Shown: positions 58,080 to 64,000 of the stretch, in pieces | Position numbering within the stretch: position 1 is the first letter of the stretch | How the letters are laid out: each line of letters begins with the position of its first letter | From: a virus | Lineage: Duplodnaviria; Caudoviricetes | Virus record (IMG/VR): IMGVR_UViG_3300033463_000087 | Coordinates: 11,366-75,365 of that record | Length of the DNA: 64,000 bases | Reading direction: 5' to 3' (one strand) | Made by a program: the position numbers and the translations under genes | Notes under the pieces: model-generated | Seen by the model: only the letters and a program-made list of their open reading frames with translations | Told to the model about the DNA's origin: nothing | The model's database searches: none

Positions 58080-58721
58080 TTAATATTTAATCTCCATAAT
58101 AGGGTTTATTAGTTCATAAGTATAATGATGTTCGGCATCACTATCACTACAAACACTTACATTATAATGTTTTGTATTTATGTTTTCGTGATAACCATAA
58201 CCTTCGTGAGCATGTCCAAAGATATGTATTTTAGGTTTCTTATCTATTACTGCTTTTCTTAATTCTTCACTACCATAACCGTTAGGGTCACATATACCTT
58301 TCGGCGGTGTATGAGTAACAAGAACATCTACTCTTTCAGGAATTAATTTAAATATATCTTTAAGGGTTTTTTCATCTTTCATATAAGCCCAGTTATTAAA
58401 TTCGGGGCACCAAGGCGTACCATATATCTTTATACCCTCGACTACTGCTAATTCGTCAATAAGTAAAGTAGCACCCCTTGTCTCAAATAATTCCTTACAA
58501 TATGCTTGGTTATTTTCGCAAAAAATATCGTGGTTGCCAGGAATTGCTATTTTATTTTTATACGGCAGTTTCTCAAACCAATTAACAAACTGCAGTGTTT
58601 CGTATAAAGATTCACCACTACCACACCAATCACCTGCAAATATACATATATCTGCTTTTGGGTATGGTTTCTTAATTTGTTTGTACAGCCAATGACAATC
58701 TGAAAATGCTACTATTTTCAT
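58080..58721 (-). CDS. Calcineurin-like metallophosphoesterase
   Basis: FSDCH, AGD, PGNHD, THTPP, FGHAHE. Confidence 0.9.
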   Translation of the reverse strand: MKIVAFSDCHWLYKQIKKPYPKADICIFAGDWCGSGESLYETLQFVNWFEKLPYKNKIAIPGNHDIFCENNQAYCKELFETRGATLLIDELAVVEGIKIYGTPWCPEFNNWAYMKDEKTLKDIFKLIPERVDVLVTHTPPKGICDPNGYGSEELRKAVIDKKPKIHIFGHAHEGYGYHENINTKHYNVSVCSDSDAEHHYTYELINPIMEIKY

Positions 58722-58948
58722 TTACCCTCCTTCACTCTAGGAAATCTAAAGGTTATTATACGTTTGTTACCTTCTACTGATGTTACTGAGCCTTTATATA
58801 ATTCTTCAATTAAAGTTTCACGAACATCCAAATGATTTATCTTTAAATCATCACAAAGTAAGTTGATAAATCGTTGGCAAGAGTCTTTTAAAATAGCCTC
58901 ATTTATGCGTTCATGTGTATATTTTACTATATTAAAATTACTTTTCAT
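58718..58948 (-). CDS. Hypothetical protein
   Basis: ORF with RBS, coupled to neighbours. Confidence 0.6.
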   Translation of the reverse strand: MKSNFNIVKYTHERINEAILKDSCQRFINLLCDDLKINHLDVRETLIEELYKGSVTSVEGNKRIITFRFPRVKEGK

Positions 58949-59181
58949 TTTAATACCTCCGAAGCACTTGATATGCTTTTTCTTACTTCCATTTTTCCAT
59001 AATAATTAGTAATTTTAAATATACCTATAAATAAAATAACCGTTAATATAATTAAAGTTAAACAAGCACATAATTGTCCTAAGTCTTCTTTATCCCACTT
59101 AAACAATATCTTAAATAAGGTAGAAAAAGATTCAAAAACACTAATAAAGTATTCTTTATAGCCTTTTATAAAATCTCTCAT
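58945..59181 (-). CDS. Small membrane protein
   Basis: One TM segment; GGAG RBS. Confidence 0.6.
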   Translation of the reverse strand: MRDFIKGYKEYFISVFESFSTLFKILFKWDKEDLGQLCACLTLIILTVILFIGIFKITNYYGKMEVRKSISSASEVLK

Positions 59182-59201
59182 AGTATCTCCTTTTTAAATG
59201 T

Positions 59202-59486
59202 TTATTTATATTTTATTTCAAGTTCTTTTTCATCAGTCATATTTTCTGAATAACCAATAGTAACTTTTTCACCATTGTTATATGTGTATAGTTCGTATAC
59301 TGTACTATCTTTCTTTTTTTCTTCTGAATTAGCGAAGAACTCATATTGCTTTGGCTCTAATAACTCTTTATAATGAATATAATACTTTACGATAATATGA
59401 CAAGCAGTATCTTTTTGTTGCTTACTGTATTTACACTTATTCACTATTAAATTATTATATATTTTCTTTGCTTGTCTTACTTTCAT
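59202..59486 (-). CDS. Hypothetical protein
   Basis: MKVRQAKKI start; RBS. Confidence 0.6.
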   Translation of the reverse strand: MKVRQAKKIYNNLIVNKCKYSKQQKDTACHIIVKYYIHYKELLEPKQYEFFANSEEKKKDSTVYELYTYNNGEKVTIGYSENMTDEKELEIKYK

Positions 59487-59586
59487 CTTTAATATCCTTT
59501 ATTGCGGAATATAAAATAAATAATGTAAGAACTCCTATTGCTATACAATCAATAATAAATATTGTAAAAATTATAAGCCAAGAAAA

Positions 59587-59844
59587 TCAATCATTTTGTA
59601 TTCCTTTATTTATTATTTCTTTTTGCTGTTGTACTAATATATTTAGTTTCTTATTAATATCCATAAGAGTAACATTTGTAGTGTCTAAATTATCAACTCG
59701 TACATTACTTGAACAACTACCTATCATAATAAAAAATAGCCAAAGTAATACCCATTCCAAACGTTTATATATTTGTTCCAAAAATTCACTGTTCTTATGA
59801 CATTTATAATAACATTTACAATTAGAGCAATCTTCTTTATTCAT
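59587..59844 (-). CDS. Small Cys-rich / TM protein
   Basis: CSNCKCYYKC followed by a hydrophobic stretch. Confidence 0.55.
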   Translation of the reverse strand: MNKEDCSNCKCYYKCHKNSEFLEQIYKRLEWVLLWLFFIMIGSCSSNVRVDNLDTTNVTLMDINKKLNILVQQQKEIINKGIQND

Positions 59845-60007
59845 TTTCTACCTCCACCAAAGGACAATGTTTAGGTCTTTTATCCAATTCAAAACATCCT
59901 AATACCTTTTTATTTGCACTGCAATAATCTCCCCATCCTTCTTCAAAAATACGGAAATTACATTTCTTGCATCCGCTTGGCATATCCATATCTTTTATTG
60001 CTATCAT
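59837..60007 (-). CDS. 56-aa Cys4 protein (MIAIKDMDMPSGCKKC...RPKHCPL), not in ORF track
   Basis: Hand-translated; AGGAG RBS; paralogous to 62077 and 63715. Confidence 0.65.
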   Translation of the reverse strand: MIAIKDMDMPSGCKKCNFRIFEEGWGDYCSANKKVLGCFELDKRPKHCPLVEVENE

Positions 60008-60030
60008 ATTTATATCTCCTTTTCATAACA

Positions 60031-60315
60031 TCAAGACCTTATTTCCATTTTATTTATCATATCTTTTATTTCAAATATTTTAGTATTGAATTTATCTATA
60101 CATTTCTGTATAAATTCTTGAAACATATCCTTTGTAATCAATTTATCTAAATAATTAAAGTAAATTGTATGTTCATCCCTAAAACTATCTGTAGAAATAT
60201 AAATATCAAAATCTTGTCTTTCTTTTAATTTTTGTAAACTTTTTTCTAAATGTTTTACCGCTTTTTCATATTCATCTAAATTAGTAATTAATTTTGTTAC
60301 TTCTTCTACTGTCAT
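60031..60315 (-). CDS. Hypothetical protein
   Basis: AGGAG RBS; TTAGTATAAT promoter. Confidence 0.65.
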   Translation of the reverse strand: MTVEEVTKLITNLDEYEKAVKHLEKSLQKLKERQDFDIYISTDSFRDEHTIYFNYLDKLITKDMFQEFIQKCIDKFNTKIFEIKDMINKMEIRS

Positions 60316-60353
60316 ATTTGTACTCCTTTATATAATATTATACTAATTATATC

Positions 60354-60572
60354 TTAATTTTTTCCTATTATTTTACTTTCATAAGCACCTTTAAAAGCAA
60401 AAAGGCTTAGTGCATTAGTATATTCTATATAATACCATTCCCATTTTGTTTTATCAAACTTCCTGGTAACAATGGAAAGTGAATCTCTAGTACCATCGGC
60501 ATTAATATATTCTACTTTATCACCAACTTTATATTTTGGTTTACTTCGTTTAATTGGTTTATTTGTTTTCAT
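60354..60572 (-). CDS. Small KOW/SH3-like protein
   Basis: PKYKVGDKVEY. Confidence 0.55.
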   Translation of the reverse strand: MKTNKPIKRSKPKYKVGDKVEYINADGTRDSLSIVTRKFDKTKWEWYYIEYTNALSLFAFKGAYESKIIGKN

Positions 60573-60727
60573 AATTTTTCTAGTTCTTGTACATACTTTG
60601 CTATTGATAAAGCAACAATATAAACTAATTCCTTGTCTTTATCTTTATAATTCTTTTTTGCTAATTCTTCTTTTACTTCTAATACTATTTTAGCAATAGT
60701 TGCTTTAATATCCATCCTTCTGCTCAT
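60569..60727 (-). CDS. 52-aa helical protein (MSRRMDIKATIAK...), not in ORF track
   Basis: Hand-translated; ATGA overlap with next gene. Confidence 0.5.
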   Translation of the reverse strand: MSRRMDIKATIAKIVLEVKEELAKKNYKDKDKELVYIVALSIAKYVQELEKL

Positions 60728-60979
60728 TTAATTATCCCCTTCCTTATCTTTACATTTATTAAATCCAGGGCAATCTTCGGGACACCCATTTACTTCTCCA
60801 TAATGTGTATCAATATATTCTTGAGCCTTATTAAACATATAAGAAGCGTCTGCCACATCATTATACCCAAACTTTACTTTGCCTGTGTAAGTGGAAATTG
60901 AATAACAATAATTAGGATTACCACAACCTGTTTCTAAGGTAATACATTTGTTTTTATATTTGTAACAATATCCTGCCAT
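60728..60979 (-). CDS. Small Cys-rich protein
   Basis: GGAG RBS; seven Cys. Confidence 0.6.
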   Translation of the reverse strand: MAGYCYKYKNKCITLETGCGNPNYCYSISTYTGKVKFGYNDVADASYMFNKAQEYIDTHYGEVNGCPEDCPGFNKCKDKEGDN

Positions 60980-60981
60980 AG

Positions 60982-62073
60982 TTATTTCTCCGTTCCATAG
61001 TTTTTAAAATAGTTTTTTACATAAACAATAGGAGTTCCTTTATCACCACTACCACTTGTTAAATCCATTAAGGAACCAAGTAAATCTGTAATTCTTCGTG
61101 GTGTAGTTCCTTGTGATAACATATTACCTTTTAAATCTTTTTTCTTATTTTTAATTTCTTCTTTAATAGCATTATTTAATTCTTCACCGTTTAAATCTTT
61201 AAACTTTTCATCGGCTAAATTCTTTATTTTTACTTCATTTGGTGTACCCTCAAGACCATCAGTATAAGCAGGACTTACAACAGGGTCTGCAAATTCCCAT
61301 ATACCACCGATAGGATCTTTGAAACATCCGTCGCCATAAACCATAACTTCTACTTTTTTACCTGTTTTCAATGCTATATATTGTTGTATTAGCTGTACCG
61401 TCATTTCAGAAGACACTTTATCAGGAAATAATTTAAGTTTTTCTTCACTTACCTTATTAGAACCCAATAAACCCCATTCACATTTATCTTTACAAAAATC
61501 AGTTAAGTTATGATATATCTTATCATATTTATATAGGATATTATGACAATTAACTTTATATTCATCAGGAAATCGTATTGGTCCAGTATTACTGCTATCC
61601 GGCCAAATATTAATAAAGTCAGACCTATCATTACTAATAAAACATTTTTTACCTTCTGATTCAACTATTTCTTTATAGTATTTCCTGTAATTCAAACCAG
61701 TAAAAGGGTGATTTTCTGCTACGTTTCCTACATAATCTACATCAGGCATCCATATATAAACATTTTCTTTTACTGCTCTGGCAAATGCTTTCAATATAAG
61801 AGCAAACCTATTACGAGAATAAATAGGTCCTTCTAAATATACATATTTGGGATTATGTAATACTCTTTTAATATCTTCTGCAACTTCATCTATTGTAACA
61901 TAATTACCCAATGATCTTGCTACAACACTTTCAGTAATACCAATAATATCCTTATCTTCTATTTGTATTCCTGAATTTAATACAGTATCGCTTACTATTT
62001 TTACAATACTATCGCCTTCTCTTATTATAGGTGCTATTAAACCTATTGATTGAACTCCGTATTTTTTAGTCAT
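60982..62073 (-). CDS. F420-0:gamma-glutamyl ligase (CofE)-like protein, Firmicutes-type homolog
   Basis: PIIREGD, DKDIIGITESVVAR, VMVYGDGCFKDP..GIWE.ADP, QGTTPRRITDLLGSLMDLTSGSGDKGTP. Confidence 0.8.
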   Translation of the reverse strand: MTKKYGVQSIGLIAPIIREGDSIVKIVSDTVLNSGIQIEDKDIIGITESVVARSLGNYVTIDEVAEDIKRVLHNPKYVYLEGPIYSRNRFALILKAFARAVKENVYIWMPDVDYVGNVAENHPFTGLNYRKYYKEIVESEGKKCFISNDRSDFINIWPDSSNTGPIRFPDEYKVNCHNILYKYDKIYHNLTDFCKDKCEWGLLGSNKVSEEKLKLFPDKVSSEMTVQLIQQYIALKTGKKVEVMVYGDGCFKDPIGGIWEFADPVVSPAYTDGLEGTPNEVKIKNLADEKFKDLNGEELNNAIKEEIKNKKKDLKGNMLSQGTTPRRITDLLGSLMDLTSGSGDKGTPIVYVKNYFKNYGTEK

Positions 62074-62076
62074 TTT

Positions 62077-62301
62077 CTAAATCTCCTTTAATGGACAATG
62101 TTTATTACGTTTTTTTGCCATAAAATCTTCTTTAGTTTTAAATACCTTTTGATAACATATAACTTTACCGTCTAAATCTCTTATAGGTAATATTCTACAA
62201 GTACTTTCTAATACTCCATTCATTTCATTACCTTCACCATGTATAAATAATGGACAAGATAAACAACTTTTTGGCATTTCTATATCTATTTTTATTGACA
62301 T
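62077..62301 (-). CDS. Cys4 small protein (MSIKIDIEMPKSCLSC...RNKHCPL); start corrected
   Basis: GAGG RBS at 62307-62310. Confidence 0.65.
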   Translation of the reverse strand: MSIKIDIEMPKSCLSCPLFIHGEGNEMNGVLESTCRILPIRDLDGKVICYQKVFKTKEDFMAKKRNKHCPLKEI

Positions 62302-62341
62302 TTTTACCTCATTATTACTATTTTTACTATTATTCTTTTTA

Positions 62342-62605
62342 TTATTTATATTCTTTGGAAAATGTATATTTCCATTTAGAAACACAACCATAATTAGTTT
62401 TATCTATTAAATTATTATATATTATTTTACATTTTTCACTATTTGTGGTTGCTATATCTTCATATTTTATTCCGTAAGGTGTTTGTAATTTATAATATAA
62501 TATTACTTTACTATGGCAATCACTATAAACTATAATAAATATTATTCCCACTATTATTAGTATTGTAATTGCTGCTTGTATAATACTATCTATAAAATCG
62601 TTCAT
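62342..62605 (-). CDS. Small membrane-anchored protein
   Basis: N-terminal TM segment. Confidence 0.55.
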   Translation of the reverse strand: MNDFIDSIIQAAITILIIVGIIFIIVYSDCHSKVILYYKLQTPYGIKYEDIATTNSEKCKIIYNNLIDKTNYGCVSKWKYTFSKEYK

Positions 62606-62610
62606 AATTA

Positions 62611-63018
62611 TTAATCCCCCTTGTAATAAAATTTATCTTTTTCAAATATAATTTCGGGGTTTATATTATATTTATCATTTTCTTCACAATGAGCATATAT
62701 TACGCCTGCTCTCATACAATATTTTATACTATCATAATCTTCTTGTTGTATTTCTTTACCTTGACCAAGTAAATCAATAAATTCTTCTAAACTTTGAATA
62801 TATATTTTATCTTCAGGTATATAAGCATATTTTTCATATTTAGTTGAATATAAAGCACCAGCAATATAATCTATGGCAGATAATACCAAAGGATTCATTT
62901 CTATATTTCCAAGAAGTTGCAAAGTTATTAAATCTTTATCATAACCATCTACTATTCTATAGCCTTTTAATATTGCTTTATTTATATCAAATTTTGTTTT
63001 TAATAATTTTCTTTTCAT
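62611..63018 (-). CDS. Hypothetical protein
   Basis: GGAG RBS; coupled ORF. Confidence 0.6.
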   Translation of the reverse strand: MKRKLLKTKFDINKAILKGYRIVDGYDKDLITLQLLGNIEMNPLVLSAIDYIAGALYSTKYEKYAYIPEDKIYIQSLEEFIDLLGQGKEIQQEDYDSIKYCMRAGVIYAHCEENDKYNINPEIIFEKDKFYYKGD

Positions 63019-63370
63019 ATTTCTTTACTCCTTTAAGTATATTATCTAATATTATTTTTGATAAATCTTCTATTTCTTTCCATTTTTGACAATTAGCACA
63101 ATTTACTTTATCGTCAGGACACTCTATACTGCTACAAGCAATTACTTTTTCATTATATATTGTTTGTGTTATTAGTTCTACTATGTCATCATAAGTAATG
63201 CCTTCTTTATATTCTTTATTTTTACAACCCTTTGATTTACATTTTTCTAATGTAATATCACATCTTGAATCTTCATCAATATAACCATCGTGATATTCAG
63301 TAATTGAAAATTGTAAATGTTTACATACAGGTTTATATATACTAATTGAAATTCTTTCGTTCTTTTTCAT
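62987..63370 (-). CDS. Cys-rich hypothetical protein
   Basis: GGAG RBS; several Cys clusters. Confidence 0.6.
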   Translation of the reverse strand: MKKNERISISIYKPVCKHLQFSITEYHDGYIDEDSRCDITLEKCKSKGCKNKEYKEGITYDDIVELITQTIYNEKVIACSSIECPDDKVNCANCQKWKEIEDLSKIILDNILKGVKKYEKKIIKNKI

Positions 63371-63734
63371 TATTTAACTCCTTTAACATATTTAATAATT
63401 TTTCTATATCTTTTTGCCAATGATATTTTGTTATAATACATTTATTATCTTTTTTATTTAATGTTTCTACTTCTATAATGGGTGATTCACCAATAGAAAC
63501 ACTCACAGAATAATCTTTTGTATTCCATTCAAAATAAAATGTACCTAGTGGACTAGGAATTATATCATAATATAATATACCCCTATTATCTAAACAAATC
63601 TTAAATATACAAGCATTTGTTGCCACTTTAGTAGTTATAGGGATTTCTTTGTCTAAATCCGTTATTTTTGAGTTATATTTGTTCATTATTTCTTTTACTG
63701 TTTTTATATTCACTTTAATCGTTTTCCACCTCAT
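63342..63734 (-). CDS. Hypothetical protein
   Basis: GAGG RBS; coupled ORF. Confidence 0.6.
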   Translation of the reverse strand: MRWKTIKVNIKTVKEIMNKYNSKITDLDKEIPITTKVATNACIFKICLDNRGILYYDIIPSPLGTFYFEWNTKDYSVSVSIGESPIIEVETLNKKDNKCIITKYHWQKDIEKLLNMLKELNNEKERKNFN

Positions 63735-63912
63735 TTATTTCTATTAAAGGACAATTTTGTGATCTTGTTTTTAAATGTCCAAATATTTCTTCTTTTGTAA
63801 TAAAACAACTATCTATTATATGAAATTCACCTAATGAATTTGTAGTTACTTTATGCCTAAATAAACATTCAAAACAATTTTTAGGCATCTTCGATTTATT
63901 TATTGCTATCAT
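63715..63912 (-). CDS. Cys4 small protein (MIAINKSKMPKNCFEC...RSQNCPL)
   Basis: Paralog of 59837 and 62077. Confidence 0.65.
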   Translation of the reverse strand: MIAINKSKMPKNCFECLFRHKVTTNSLGEFHIIDSCFITKEEIFGHLKTRSQNCPLIEINEVEND

Positions 63913-64000
63913 AGTTATTCAACCTTTACTAATTTTATTTTATTTAAAGTCCATTTAATTGTGTTTATATATGCTCTCTTTAACAACTCTGGGTCAAATG

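Noticed and set aside
6431-63089. Most plus-strand ORFs in the track (e.g. 10857, 17815, 21553, 21889, 30976, 41170, 53397, 59468)
   Set aside because: They lie antisense to clear minus-strand genes, have Phe/Leu/Ser-rich shadow composition and no RBS. Only 8773-9006 and 11904-12386 have their own promoter and RBS.
1-64000. Stop-codon reassignment (code 15 or 4), seen in some large gut phages
   Set aside because: Long genes are intact in code 11, and TAG and TGA both terminate genes at tight junctions (e.g. 28389, 28980, 54322).
1-64000. tRNA, rRNA, terminase, portal, integrase and reverse transcriptase genes
   Set aside because: No cloverleaf/T-loop signatures or diagnostic protein motifs were recognised by eye; they may lie outside the window.
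1-64000. Specific host assignment
   Set aside because: Signals conflict (strong Shine-Dalgarno use, Firmicutes-type CofE-like gene, Bacteroides-like DPSL, DUF5675) and cannot be resolved without spacer or homology searches.

Overview
An AT-rich 64-kb segment of a large contractile-tailed (myovirus-type) phage genome, read in the standard genetic code with almost all genes on the minus strand. It holds the virion morphogenesis region: baseplate, tape measure and tail chaperones (0.1-11.7 kb); major capsid, decoration, scaffold and prohead protease (20-24.8 kb); a large tail-fibre/receptor-binding array (29.5-46.4 kb); and tail tube, neck, sheath and tail completion genes (46.5-55.1 kb). Small early-type genes follow from 57.7 kb to the end. 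An 18-bp motif (TTCATTTAnATTTwTATA on the coding strand) precedes 18 transcription units and looks like a phage late promoter. The most striking feature is a family of about 15 unrelated ORFs sharing an N-terminal leader, MKF(I/T)KLIK(A/S). Related K-rich ..K(A/S) motifs occur in the capsid and scaffold N-termini and between modules of an 832-aa protein. I infer a capsid-targeting and prohead-protease-cleavage system for injected cargo, analogous to T4 internal proteins. The cargo includes a nucleotidyltransferase and a Doc toxin/antitoxin-like pair. Other notable items: three glycosyltransferases inside the structural region, a duplicated G/GT tail chaperone pair, a DPSL-type ferritin, a homing-endonuclease-like gene with a structured leader, and an F420-ligase-like gene. 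No tRNA, rRNA, CRISPR array, terminase or portal was recognised. All product calls are from motif recognition and synteny, without database searches.
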